DNA of 64,000 nt from Tetramitus jugosus (taxonomy: Eukaryota > Protista > Heterolobosea), in the NCBI GenBank assembly GCA_937625935.1, contig OW569393.1:264997-328996 (forward strand). The letters run 5' to 3'. The notes beneath the pieces were generated by a model. The model worked only from the letters and a program-made list of their open reading frames with translations, searched no databases and was not told the origin of the DNA. The position numbers and the translations under genes were made by a program. Position 1 is the stretch's first letter; the number at the start of each line of letters is the position of its first letter. Shown piece after piece: positions 1-12,407 of this stretch.

Positions 1-1318
1 TTTTGTGCTGACTTTCTTTATCTTCATATCTATAACAAACACCACTCTGCGGAAACATGACAGCACTTTCCGCATTCTTAGGTGTCATTAATTGCAAGTA
101 CTTCAATGACAACATTTGGTTGATTTTGGTTCCTCTTCCTGTCCATAGTGTGTGCAATGTTTGGATTGTTTTGTTGTTTTGTTTCAGACACCGTGGTTGA
201 CTCTCTGTTTCAACAAATAATTCAATCTACTGGTTGATGGTTACTATGTCTTGGTGAAAAGCATGTCCATGTCAAATGTCTCGACAAAAACATATGTCTT
301 TATATGTCTATGTTTTCCGCTTATGTCTCAAACTCCCAAAATGTCCATGTGGTTGTATGTTACTCTTCACCAAGACACAAGCTACAGTCCAAATTTTATT
401 TTGGTATTGTCGCCCATGGATGTTGTTCCATCGAAGAAGAGAGTCCTTGTGCAGTTTTCCATAATTTGATCGTGTTTTCTATTTAGCTCCTAGCTCGTTC
501 GTTCTGGATAAAATTCTTAATGCGTTTGTTGATGTCAATTCCGTCGCATTAGAGTGTTCAAAAACTGAATGAACGCGTATAAATTGTTATCATGCTTTAT
601 ATCGATTACCAAGCAATCCACCAGTGATATTAAGTAGCTATGGAAGAAATACTGAGTTTGGACCCATGTGTTGGTATAATCTGTAACCACAAATATCTGA
701 AGGAATGAAAATAACTAGTAGGAAACAGTCATGCTCTTGATTTGTTGTTTATCATCATCATAATTCTTTTTGCCCAAGTTTTCCTTCAGCCATCCGCTGG
801 GGAATAACCAGAGGTCCACCATATACTATTTAAATTTATTCAAAACAGGCAGGGAGGGGGTCAGAGGTGAATATAATATCTGGACGCTCCCCTATTAGGA
901 ACTAAGAAGAAGACAGGAAGCAAGCGGAAGCAGTTAGATCCGACTGATGAGTCAGAAGAAGAAAAACCACAGAGGAGACTCTCTAGATCAGGTAGACAGC
1001 AGAAGAAGGAAGATGAACAACAAGAACTGTTCGTATTAAATCTGATGATGATTTAGATGATGGTATTAGATCCGATAAAGCTTTTCAGGATAAGATACGT
1101 AAGACAAAGCAGATAAGATCACTAGATTTTATCAATTCCAGCAGGTGCAGGTAACTACGTTATATGGTATCAGATATTCTGATGATGATGATATATCTAT
1201 CTCGAAACCAGGATCAGAAGAAGAAAACTACACACAGCGAGCAGTTCAGAAGGACACTTATCAGAAAAGCATCTGAGTGATGATGAATCAATACAGGAAA
1301 CATCTATAAATTACGAGT

Positions 1319-3412
1319 TTATTTTCTGAGTGCGGAGGAGCAAAAAGTCTGTTCATTATCTTCGGTCTTTTTGATTGTTGTCTCAACAAGACATTTCTTT
1401 TGAACTCTGTTGTCAACGACACAAATAAGACCTGGTCTTTTGACAAAAGTGACAATAAATTCTGCATCACATGTGGCATCTTCATGCTTTTCAGGATTAA
1501 ATTGTTCCTTGTTCACTCTTGGAGCAATGACATCCAGTCTTGGTTCACAAACAAGGAGTTCAGCAGCCAAATCAATTGATACACGAGCACATTCATCAAT
1601 ATTTTTCTTGGTCTCATCATCATTCAAATCAACCAACTCTTTGAATTGAGACTTGATAATCTCACAAATATTGTCATGAACAATACGATACAACTCCTTC
1701 TGTAATGTATCTCTTTCATCCTTTGTTCCCTCCTTTCCAGTCAAAATCTTGGCTGTTTTCAATTCATTACACTTTGGTTTCTTCTTCTTGTGGATTGATC
1801 TCCAAAATCCTTCTCCAAACAGAGATTCAACCAACTTTTGTTGACATTTTCTTTTGGCCTTCTTGAATTCTCCTTCATCTGATCCACTCTTATCAGACTT
1901 ATATGACATACAACTCAACAATTCACTCAATGTGTCCGTAGCATCGTCAAATGTCTTTGAAGCTCCTGCAATTTTGATCGCACCTGTGTCTGCATTATTG
2001 GCCAAGGAACTATCATTTCTGGCCTTTTCATTGATCAAGAGTTGTTTTCCATCAGCAATTTCTTGTTCTTTTTTCACGATCAATTCGTTCAATACTTCGA
2101 TTTGTTGCAGGTAGTTTGTCTTTGACTCCTTCAATTCGTTATCAATTTTGGTAATCTTTGAGTTGAGTTGGGAAATTATATCCTTTTGATTGCTGATCTC
2201 ATATTCCTTACGTTTCACTTCTTCTTTACCTGTCTTGACTTCATTCTTGAGATGAAAGATATCATTCTTTTGCTTTGTAATCTCTTGATTCAATTTCTTC
2301 ACTTCATCTTCCTTGGTCTTCAACTTTCTTTCAATTTCGTCCAGTTTTTTTTTGCATTCATCATCTTTCTTCTTCATATCCGATTGATGCTTTTTGATGG
2401 TATCTGTATGGTTACGGATCTCTGTATTCTTCTTTTCAATGGATTCTCTGAGCTCTTTCACTTGATTTTGCAATTGTTTGATTTTGTCATCGAGACCGCT
2501 CTTGAGTATGTTAACGAAATCAGGATTAATTTGGCAGACCAACAATTTTTCTTCCAAAGATTCAGCTGTTTCAGTCAATTCCTTGATTAGAAGATCTTTC
2601 TTGTCTATCTGCTTCTCAAGTGTTTGGACACTCTCTGAGAGTTTCTTGTTGTGCTCTTCTAGCTTGGCCTGCTTTGATGTTTGCATTGATAATTCTCTAC
2701 GCAAACGGGTACATTCTTGTTGCGCTTGGCTTTTTTCCTTCTCCAGAATCATGTTTTGGTCCCCTTGCTGGATCTTTTCTTTCTCAAGGTTTGACTTTTG
2801 GTTTGAAATTTTAAGCAGTTGGGTTTCAAGTGTTTCGACACTCTCTGAGAGTTTCTTGTTTTGGTCTTCTAGCTTGGCCTGCATTGATGTTTGCATTGAT
2901 AATTCACTACGCAAACGGGCACATTCTTGTTGGGCTTGGCTTTTTTCGCTCTCCAGAATTATGTTGTTTTCTTGCAGAAGCTTCTGATTTTCAGTCATAG
3001 TTTGTAAAGATTCTTGGAATGGTTGGTTTCCTTCGAATCCTTGAACGTTCCACTGGGGTTGGAAAGAGGGATTGGGTGATCCATAATTATTTGCTCCAGT
3101 TTGAGTTTGATGATGATTTGGATAAGTCTGAGGGTTTGTATTTTGTGAAAAATGACCTTGTTGATAACTCACATTCATGTTCTGAACAGGTGATGAGACA
3201 TGTTGGAGTTGTTGCTGGCTCGTCATCGGAAACGCGGATACAAAAGGATTGGGTGTTCCATAATTATTGGCTCCACTTTGAGGTTGATGATGATCCAGAT
3301 AAGGCTGAGGGTTTTGTGAACAATTGCTTTGTTGATAATTCACATTCTGAAGAGGTGGTGAGACCTGTTGGTTACTTCTGAAGTTACTTGCGACTGGATT
3401 TTGACTGTGCAT
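1319..3412 (-). CDS. Q/N-rich N-terminus, long coiled coil and conserved C-terminal domain with a GrpE-head-like motif (family member 1)
   Basis: 697-aa ORF; heptad-rich middle; C-terminal FNPEKHEDATC...KRPGLICVVDNRV...VET shared with ORFs 8383-9723 and 10269-11234. Confidence 0.8.
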   Translation of the reverse strand: MHSQNPVASNFRSNQQVSPPLQNVNYQQSNCSQNPQPYLDHHQPQSGANNYGTPNPFVSAFPMTSQQQLQHVSSPVQNMNVSYQQGHFSQNTNPQTYPNHHQTQTGANNYGSPNPSFQPQWNVQGFEGNQPFQESLQTMTENQKLLQENNIILESEKSQAQQECARLRSELSMQTSMQAKLEDQNKKLSESVETLETQLLKISNQKSNLEKEKIQQGDQNMILEKEKSQAQQECTRLRRELSMQTSKQAKLEEHNKKLSESVQTLEKQIDKKDLLIKELTETAESLEEKLLVCQINPDFVNILKSGLDDKIKQLQNQVKELRESIEKKNTEIRNHTDTIKKHQSDMKKKDDECKKKLDEIERKLKTKEDEVKKLNQEITKQKNDIFHLKNEVKTGKEEVKRKEYEISNQKDIISQLNSKITKIDNELKESKTNYLQQIEVLNELIVKKEQEIADGKQLLINEKARNDSSLANNADTGAIKIAGASKTFDDATDTLSELLSCMSYKSDKSGSDEGEFKKAKRKCQQKLVESLFGEGFWRSIHKKKKPKCNELKTAKILTGKEGTKDERDTLQKELYRIVHDNICEIIKSQFKELVDLNDDETKKNIDECARVSIDLAAELLVCEPRLDVIAPRVNKEQFNPEKHEDATCDAEFIVTFVKRPGLICVVDNRVQKKCLVETTIKKTEDNEQTFCSSALRK
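1369..2178 (-). repeat. Arm 1 of a near-identical ~0.8 kb inverted duplication (partner ~10414-11224)
   Basis: Translations from ISQL.SKITKIDNELKESK to VETTIKK are almost identical in the two ORFs, which lie on opposite strands. Confidence 0.9.
2628..2960 (-). repeat. Internal direct repeat (two copies ~210 bp apart) in the coiled-coil gene
   Basis: ILE.EKSQAQQEC.RLR.ELSMQTS.QAKLE..NKKLSESV.TLE occurs twice. Confidence 0.85.
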
Positions 3413-3639
3413 TACTTGTTGGTTAGTTTTTGATAAACGTCAGTTGTTCTTGTCTTTTTTTTGGAGGCGGTTGGCATGTTGAAGTTCAACGGAAATGATC
3501 TTTTTACAACAATTGTAAAGTTGGAGAACTTGCTGTCAATCGGCCATCGATGCTCCGCAGGAATTTTTCAAGAAGTTCTTGTAGAAAAAAAATGGTCCAA
3601 CGTGCTGACGCAAAAACCTGCCTTTGAGGCAATTCGATA

Positions 3640-4485
3640 TCCTTATCCAACTCCTTCATATCATCCACAACTGTGTCATGTTGAAACTGTCAGACGACTT
3701 CAATGGAGACAAATCAAGAAGGAGAATGACCAATACTTATGGCAATTAGTTTCTTGCTCAACAGACACATCCGTGCGTCTATCAATTAACCTCTCTAATA
3801 AATTGTTTGCGTCGTTGTTGATCAATTTCAAGTAGCTCGAATAATCATCATTAGCCTCTATTTCCCGCTTATCCTGATCATATGCTCTGCCTCTGTTGCG
3901 ATACGATAGTGAGTCCACAAAATATTAATTGCCTCTTGTTGTCGTCCTTTCTATCAGTACACAAAAATCAGCAATCGATTCAGAGTACTTGTCCGACATC
4001 AATAGATAAAGATTTGCACGATGTTCCACATAAAACAACATGTCTCTCAAATTTATCATCTCTGCTTGTTTGTAATAAGAGTAGGGAGATCATTCAATGC
4101 CAAATCATAATTCTTGAGTTGTTGATTGGGCTTGTGACCGGTAAAAGATTGCACTTTGAAACATGGGATCCAATTTGATTGCTCGACTCAAATAATCCAC
4201 AGATTCCTCGTATTGATACTCTGAATAGTACGCTTGGCCCCGCAAGCAATTATACATCCACACAATTAGTCCCAACCATTGCTGCTTTTCTTGTTTCTGC
4301 TGCTGCTGCTGCTGTTCTCGTTGTTGTTCATACATCATCGTCATCATCAATTCTTTCAAAGTGTCAAACCATTTCTCAATCCTTACTCGATCAACTGTCG
4401 TATCACTCACCATAGTCGTATCATCATTTGCATTCATTGTTGTTCCTGCTGTTGTTGTTGCAAGTTTCTCCAAATGGGCTCTCAT
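3640..4485 (-). pseudogene. Fragmented TPR-repeat protein
   Basis: TPR-like segments (RGQAYYSEYQYEESVDYLSRAIKLDP; SYRNRGRAY) are split across short ORFs with stops. Confidence 0.5.
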
Positions 4486-5149
4486 GTCCGCGATGATTTC
4501 ATCTTGACACTCTGAATCAATGGATGGATACCACCATGATTATTGCTATTGTTGAACAAAATTTGTTCATCTTGTTCTTCATTTTGTTGAATGAGCACCA
4601 CAATCTCAAAATGCTCATGAATTTGTCATGATTTGTTTCATCATTGGTGTCAGAGGCAGCAGCAGTCACAACTATATCCACCAATTTTTTCCAATAGTGT
4701 TCAGTGTTTGCATTCATTGTTTTGTTGTTGTGTGGAGCCAAGCTGCTGTTTTGTGTGAAATTTATCTCCTTGAAAACAAAAATTCCGGCTGCGAGTAACA
4801 CAGTGTTGTATGGTGGGATGCATGGATGGTTATCATGCATCGGTTCTTGTAGTGAGATCATCAAAGGTCGATCCTGCTTCATACTCGTACTCGAATCGTT
4901 TCACCAATGGAGGGCCTACCTCTGGTGATTCATGATGGTGGTAGTCATACTGATTGGACTGCTGCATTACGATATCGTTCGTAGCTCCTGATGTTTTCAG
5001 GTTCTCATGTCTGTTGATTCTTCGATTTCACTATGGATTATCAAGTTACTTGCTGATAAAGTGGACTTGTCTGTAGGAACGTTTGTTGAGAGAGAGTTGG
5101 GTTTCTCTGTCGTTTGCTAATCAACTCGGATCTCGTCATCATCGTTGAT

Positions 5150-5383
5150 GCGGACGACATGGATGAAATGTATGATCTCAAGGGCAGTATACTAGGCAGA
5201 CAGGCACGAGACGGAGAAACAACTCTCATGGACCAGGATCTCATCAATCAGAATCGATTCTTTCATATGGGACTTCAAAAGAAGCAACTGGTGATGCTTC
5301 AGTTGAAGAATGATTGTTCTTTTCTAGAGTCGCACAAACTCAGGGATTACTCGCTGTTGGTTGGTGTGTTGAAGGCATCGTAA
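5150..5383 (+). pseudogene. Isolated fragment of a phosphatidylinositol-phosphate kinase (PIP5K/PIP4K) catalytic domain
   Basis: YDLKGS...D.SFLESH..RDYSLLVGV motifs present; no N-lobe or activation-loop segment seen nearby. Confidence 0.7.
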
Positions 5384-8382
5384 ATTGGCATTGCATGTCC
5401 CTCAACTCTCTTCGCAACAAACACCACAACAACAACAGCACTCTTCGTGGTTTTCCTTTTGGTTATTCCACTTCGACCTTTGGAACTTATCAAGACTCTC
5501 TTTGAAAGTATTGACTTCTAAATCCTCAAAATCATCAAAGTTTTCTGACCGGTTCAGTCCTTTCAAAAGTATTGACTCTCAGAGAGTAAAACAAAAGATT
5601 GCAGTAGTAGTAATGTAGGCACTATTGATGGTTCTACTATCGGTTCGATTGTAGGTGCTAGTGTTGGTGCTAGTGTAGAATTGTCGGCTCTGCACTTTAT
5701 CTTGACCAGTTCTCAGTGCGTCCTCTTGAAAAATTCTTTCAACTGTGAGCAGACGAGATGGATAGAGCGTTATGTGACAGATACGATCGCTTTTCCTAAC
5801 AAGTAACGTATCTTCGTCATCTGCTTTCGTATTTTATGTAGCTGTTGCAGCGTCGATTCGAAGAGAGAGACTTCTTTGGCAAACTCTGAAGTATTCATAT
5901 CAATTTGACACTCAATTCTAGTTTGAGTAAACAATTTGTCTCATATCTCTTGTCGATGTCTTCAAATTTGAGTGCAATGATGGTGGGTTGAATACACTGT
6001 CTCATAATCAACGTATGAGTGCTACCTGCGTCGCTCATAACACTCATCCTGAACTCTCACTTTCCTTGTCCGGGAAATCAGACATACCATATCTCGTTGA
6101 CTGCAACTTCTTCTTCATCTTTTCCTGACTGACCTGCAATTCTGGATCAATCCTATTTGTAGTAACTTGGGTTTTTGGTTTGGGCTAGTTCCAAAATTTT
6201 CCAACATGGTCTTCCTTCGAAATACTTCTGGGCAATAACGATCCAACTGTTGCGATCTACTTAGTAGTTGTTCCAATATTCGATTGACTTTGAATTGAGA
6301 TCCTCTGTAGCGAGAAATGAGGTGACACAAGGAAACTGTGTGCATGATACATTTCCGTGTGGCATTGGAAATAGTCCAGAAGTTCAATTTGTGTGAGAAT
6401 CAAAGACTCTCATATTCTCAACGAGACAAGACGATTTGCAAGTTGGAAACATTGGAATTTATCGATATGGCGATCGCGGACATAGTACATCTTTCCTAAC
6501 AATTGATTCATAGAGTGCGGGAGAGCTGGATAGGATTTGAAGAAGTGTCTGTGCAGACATATTCGCTAGTTGATTCATCAGTTGGTACAATCTCTTCATC
6601 ATTCTCAGGTTCGATTGTGTAGCGGTATGTTCGGTCAATATTCGTATCGACGCAAACGATATGTTTTACTTAGGCACCCATGCATGAGTTGTCGCGTGAG
6701 AGAATGAAGGCGAGAGACTCGAGTACTCAATTCCAGTACGAGCATTCATTCAAGATGGGTGGCATTGGATTCCTAGAATTGAAGAGAGAGTATCAATCAT
6801 GAAGTAAATCCAGTAGATGTATCATCATCCAGAAGTCAACAATATGATGATATTTTTATGGCTAAATCAACAACAATCGATCAAAACATTTATCAAAGAA
6901 TTCTTGCATTGTGTACAAAACAAAGGGTGTACCTAATTTTCCGTATCGTGTCCCTATATGTATTTCAACACGTTTATGTGGAACATTCAATGATCACGAT
7001 GAAATTGGGTTGTTAAGGAACTTTACGATAAATACGGGGTAGTAAAGAAAGGGGGAAGAAAGACCATAGATCCAAGGTGTTCACGAGAATTATCGAACAA
7101 CAAGCGGTTATGTGTTGGGTAGAAGAGCCGTAAGCGATGTGGAGCAACTGATTGATGAACAACGAACCGCTCAATTCCCAGTGTTTTACTCATCATGGTG
7201 TTGACCATCATTTTGTTGTGCATTTTGCGGCTCATTCTTGTCATTTTCTTGTTTATCATTCTGCTGCTAACTCTGTTTTTCTGCTGTCAATGAAATATGA
7301 TTGTCCCAGGCAGCTCTCCTCGTTCTATCAACCTTCTTACTTTAATTGGAAAGAAGAAAAATAGGAAGTCATGTCACACCTTTTTAGACTCAAGTTCAGG
7401 ACTCTGAGTTGTTGGATTACCCACATATCATCCAGGAGTAGTACAAAGAGGACATAACGATTAAGAGATATTGTACTGAAATTTCGAATCTGACGTGATC
7501 TAAGAACAAGAGAAAAGCTTTCAAAGAAGAGAATTTTCAGTTGTGTCGATCGAAGGGGATGAAGAATAAGCAACTGAATTGTAACATTTAAGACAAAACC
7601 TTTTCAACAAGGTAATTCAAAAAAGTAACACTATACCTCACTTCTCTGAACATTCTGTTGTTCATTTCGACGAATTCTTCTTCTTTTTCGGCATCTTCTC
7701 ACCATTTCTTAACATGATTGCATCTCATTCTGCATCTCATTTAATTTGTTGCAGGTGCTCTGTCTCTTCATCTTGTTGTTGCTCAATCTGCTATCCTTTT
7801 TGTGCCTCAATCCGCTGAGATTGTTGTTGTTCATTATGCAGTTCCTTCTGCAGATCATTTCGTTGCCCAGCTCAATTCTTTCTGATCGTTAGCATCTTCT
7901 ACGTCGTTTGTCACACAGGGACAATCGCCAGAGCAACGAACAAAAACATCAGCGAATTGTTGGATTCAAAAGCACCAGATTTTTGTAGAATAGGATGAAC
8001 CTGTAGTTCTTGCGCAAATTTCTTCAATAATATCCACCTTCTTCAAGTAATTTGACTTCTAAATAATAGTAATAGTATTTGAATCAGAATCAAAGCATGA
8101 ACTGCTGAAACTGCTCGACGAAGAATGGCTTACTCAGGGAGTGTTTCACCTGCTCATCTTGAAACGAATGATCCTCATTGCTGGCATGGAATTATTCTCG
8201 GATTTGGTTGAGTATCTTCGCTCATGCAGCCAATCCAATCAAGCTTCAGATTGAATTTTCCTTTGGGTGGGCCCTATTCAATGAAGCTTCAATGATTCTT
8301 ACAAAAAAATCTCAAGAGTCGATATGACGGTTGAAGGACACAAAACTGTTGAAAAAAAAGTAAACAAGTCAATCAACAAATA

Positions 8383-9723
8383 ATGGGTAACTTTTTTTCT
8401 CAAAGTGAAGATGCAGTGACCAATTTCAATGATTTTGAAACTCTTCTCGACCAGCTTGGTGAAAAAAATTCCACTTCTTGCAGAGTTGATAGGACTCTCC
8501 TTCAAAATCTAATCAACAGATATTTGAATGAAAAGGTAGCCATCCAACAAAACTGCTTTCAAAAAATCAGAGAATTTGAATCAAAGATTAAACAACAGGA
8601 GGGTACAAATTTACAAATTCAACAATTAATGAATGAAAAGTCACAAGCTAATCAACTCTTGGCGAACGCCAAGACCCAATTCCAAGAGATGATGAATGAC
8701 AAAAACACTTTGTTGAAGGAGATTACGAAAGTAAGTAATGAGAAAGACTTTTATAGGAGAGAGAGTGATGAAAGACAACAAAAATTGAACCAAGCAGAGA
8801 AAAAATTGGAATCCATCAAACTCCAACATGAAGTAGATAAACAGAAAATTCAAGATTTTTTGAAACAGAAACAAGAATTTTGTGATAACTTGACAAGAGA
8901 AAAGAACCAACTGCATGAACAGAATGAATATCTCATTCAATCATTGCAAAATTCCAACCGTGCAAAAGAAACACTCTCCAATGAATGTGAAAAATTGAGT
9001 GAGACTGTTGGGGAGCTGAAGAAAACAATTGCTGACAAGAGTCAAGAGTTGATTGGTGTCATGGCTGACATGGACAGTTCCATCTTTTCAAGCAGTGACA
9101 GTGATGATGGCAAGATTAGACCTCAAATTGTTCACAAGCAATTCGACACATTGATGGACATTATTCATGAACTTCAATTGGATATCAAGTCGAATTGTGA
9201 TTCTAGTACTGAAGACTATAGTAAACGAATGAGCAATGTTTACAAGAAAATTCTTGAATCATTGTTTGATCCTGGATTGTGGAAGATATTGAAGAAGCCA
9301 ATGGAATCCAAGAGATTGTTGAAGCAATCAATGTGCTTGGTTTTGACTGGAAAACAAGAAAATGAGAAGGGAATGAACAAAGAATTATTGAAGAACTTCC
9401 TTTTGCCACCTATTGAATCCCATCTGAAGAAAGTCATTGAAAAGGAAGTAGGCCAAGATTTGTCAAACGAATCCACAAGCAAGTTGATCAAAAAATCTGC
9501 TGAGAATGCACTGTTTCTTGCTGCACAACTCGTTGTTTCGAAACCAACAATGGGAATTATTGCACCAAAGAAAGGCAGTGACTTCAACCCAGACAAGCAC
9601 GAAGATGCAACGTGTGAAACAAAGATGGTTGTGACATCAATCAAGAGACCTGGGTTGATTTGTGTGAGAGACAACAGAGTATTTGCCAAAGCATCTGTTG
9701 AAACAGAAACCAAAGATGCTTGA
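8383..9723 (+). CDS. Coiled-coil protein with the same C-terminal domain (family member 2); possible N-myristoylation
   Basis: 446-aa ORF starting MGNFFS; C-terminal FNPDKHEDATC...KRPGLICVRDNRV..KASVET. Confidence 0.8.
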   Translation: MGNFFSQSEDAVTNFNDFETLLDQLGEKNSTSCRVDRTLLQNLINRYLNEKVAIQQNCFQKIREFESKIKQQEGTNLQIQQLMNEKSQANQLLANAKTQFQEMMNDKNTLLKEITKVSNEKDFYRRESDERQQKLNQAEKKLESIKLQHEVDKQKIQDFLKQKQEFCDNLTREKNQLHEQNEYLIQSLQNSNRAKETLSNECEKLSETVGELKKTIADKSQELIGVMADMDSSIFSSSDSDDGKIRPQIVHKQFDTLMDIIHELQLDIKSNCDSSTEDYSKRMSNVYKKILESLFDPGLWKILKKPMESKRLLKQSMCLVLTGKQENEKGMNKELLKNFLLPPIESHLKKVIEKEVGQDLSNESTSKLIKKSAENALFLAAQLVVSKPTMGIIAPKKGSDFNPDKHEDATCETKMVVTSIKRPGLICVRDNRVFAKASVETETKDA

Positions 9724-10268
9724 AGAGCGCCGCTGCACTATTAACCCGAAATCGAAGTATCGAATATTGTTGTATCTAATATAGTATGGAGTGTTTGAAA
9801 CGCATCACTGAACATCGCTGAAGGTTTACTTAAACCTATCGTTTCATAACTTGCTAGCCAAAAAATAAAAAATTTGATGTTTCGTGATTGTTGTGGTGTT
9901 TCTTTTCGTTGGGACTGCCGTGTTGAAGGTTGTGCTCCAATCTGCACAGAACTCGATTCCTTGAGTGTTTTGGAGAGGATCACTTTGGAATATTCCAAAT
10001 CTCACTTTTACAGATCAATAGAGACACAGACAAGTTGACCCTGGAAATGAGACAATAAATGTCTGGGAGTCATAACTCAAAATTGGGATGGTGAAATTGG
10101 ACGATACGTAAATGCACCAACGTTCCTTTGGCCAAAAAATATCAGGAGATTTTTCGGACAATTTATTTCAAGAAAACTGTCTTTCTCAGAGAAAGGAACG
10201 AACCTTGAAGTGCACAATTTTTTTAGAAACAAAAAAGAAACCGATTTGAAGGAATAAAAATTTGTACA

Positions 10269-11234
10269 ATGATTTTGGGATTGTTTTCAAATAGAGAATA
10301 TGACAAACTGAAAGAACGTTATCACCAACTGGAGACTACCATCAACATTGTTCAAGAAAAGAATACTAAATTGAACAGTGAATACCAAGAAGAAAAAAAA
10401 CGAAGAAAAGAAGATATTTCCCAACTCGAGTCAAAGATTACCAAAATTGATAACGAATTGAAGGAGTCAAAGACAAATTACTTGCAACAAATCCAAGTAT
10501 TGAACGAATTGATCAAGAAAAAAGAACAAGAAATTGCTGATGGAAAACAACTCTTGATCAATGAAAAGACCAGAAATGATAGTTCCTTGGCCAATAATGC
10601 AGACACAGGTGCGATCAAAATTGCAGGAGCTTCAAAGACATTTGACGATGCTATGGACACATTGAGTGAATTGTTGAGCTGTATGTCATTTAAGTCTGAT
10701 AATAGTGGATCAGATGAAGGAGAATTCAAGAAGGCCAAAAGAAAATGTCAACAAAAGTTGGTTGAATCTCTGTTTGGAGAAGGATTTTGGAAATCAATCC
10801 ACAAGAAGAAGAAACCAAAGTGTAATGAACTGAAAACAGCCAAGATTTTGACTGGAAAGGAGGGAACAAAGGATGAAAGAGATACATTACAGAAGGAGTT
10901 GTATCGTATTGTTCATGACAATATTTGTGAGATTATCAAGTCTCAATTCAAAGAGTTGGTAGATTTGAATGATGATGAGATCAAGAAGAATATTGATGAA
11001 TGTGCTCGTGTATCTGTTCATTTGGCTGCTGAACTCCTTGTTTGTGAACCAAGACTGGATGTCATTGCTCCAAGAGTGAACAAGGAACAATTTAATCCTG
11101 AAAAGCATGAAGATGCCACATGTGATACAGAATTTGTTGTCACTTTTGTCAAGAGACCAGGTCTTATTTGTGTCGTTGACAACAGAGTTCAAAAGAAATG
11201 TCTTGTTGAGACAACAATCAAAAAGAATGATTAG
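10269..11234 (+). CDS. Short coiled-coil protein with the same C-terminal domain (family member 3)
   Basis: 321-aa ORF; last ~270 aa nearly identical to ORF 1319-3412. Confidence 0.8.
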   Translation: MILGLFSNREYDKLKERYHQLETTINIVQEKNTKLNSEYQEEKKRRKEDISQLESKITKIDNELKESKTNYLQQIQVLNELIKKKEQEIADGKQLLINEKTRNDSSLANNADTGAIKIAGASKTFDDAMDTLSELLSCMSFKSDNSGSDEGEFKKAKRKCQQKLVESLFGEGFWKSIHKKKKPKCNELKTAKILTGKEGTKDERDTLQKELYRIVHDNICEIIKSQFKELVDLNDDEIKKNIDECARVSVHLAAELLVCEPRLDVIAPRVNKEQFNPEKHEDATCDTEFVVTFVKRPGLICVVDNRVQKKCLVETTIKKND

Positions 11235-12407
11235 AAGAATAAAAACGACCTCTCTAAAATTCGGTGACAATACTCAAACATGGAATTGATTCCACTAAAC
11301 TCCCATGTTTTCCAACTCCACTACACTGGAAGACCATCTTGAAGCCCCACAGGCTCTCGTCACCACAAACTGGCCCGCTCAAAGAATACCGTTTAAAAAA
11401 AATTAGCACCACGAAATGAAAAAGTAACTTCAGAATTCAATGAAGTCACAATATCAATTTACTTACATAGTTGCCCCAATCAATTTTCATCTCGAGTTGA
11501 GATACAACACGAGTGGCAACATCTTGAAGCGTGACAAATGAAACTTGACCTTCTGTTCCTTTATGGATTACAGTCTTTGTTCCAATTGTTCGTTTGTTTT
11601 CAACAAAGATGCCAGGACTCCTTGACAGTATGGGAAGATCTCGGTCAACCCAGAACCTTGCGTTTGTTCTTCGAGTAGATCTGAAAAAACAAATAATTTT
11701 ATAGTGTTCAAATCTACTTCGCACTTCAATTATACTTGCTAATCTCGTCGTTAAATGCCGTTATGAAATTGTTACCTCTTCAAATCGCGTCATCAAATTC
11801 TTGGTGAAGTTCGAATCATTCCCTGAGTAGATGGTGGAAACAACAGGTGGTAGTCGTTGCACTTCAGATATCCAAGCCAAACTAATGGCATCTCTTATTG
11901 GATAGTTGATCAACCTATTCTGAAGTCACCTATTTCGAAAAGATATTCACTCAAGAGCGAAATCCAATTAAGGCACACAGTTTTTCGACGAAATATTTAG
12001 ATTCTATCGCTGTTTCGAGCTCACTGATAATATGTTACTCCTCCTCTGGTTCAGAAACAATTACAGACAATGTAGGTATACATGCTGATATTCCTAACTT
12101 CCCTGTAATTAGGCCATCTCCAATGCTCCAAACTATGGAATGGTGAAGCATACTAGTACAATTTAATCCTCCTTGTAACTTCGTTTTAAGTAGAAAAAAC
12201 CTTTACTGAAAACGTCAGTAAAGTACTGTAACGATATCCAGTTTTTTCGTGAATCAAAAATCCGGAAGCGAACTCCTGTAGCTGAAGCCGATCTCCCTTC
12301 AAAAAACCCCCCGATTCGCCGACATCCTTCAAACGTCGTCCTCTTCTCTCCCAAAGAAGCAGAAAAAAAAACCAACCACCCACAAGTCCCAAAACACAAC
12401 GTAAAAC

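Noticed and set aside
930-1000. CTGATGAGTC resembling a hammerhead ribozyme core
   Set aside because: No GAC-GAAA or closing stems follow; the context looks like degenerate acidic coding sequence.
1-1290. Short ORFs and purine-rich acidic fragments
   Set aside because: No recognisable family or consistent frame, so no call can be supported.
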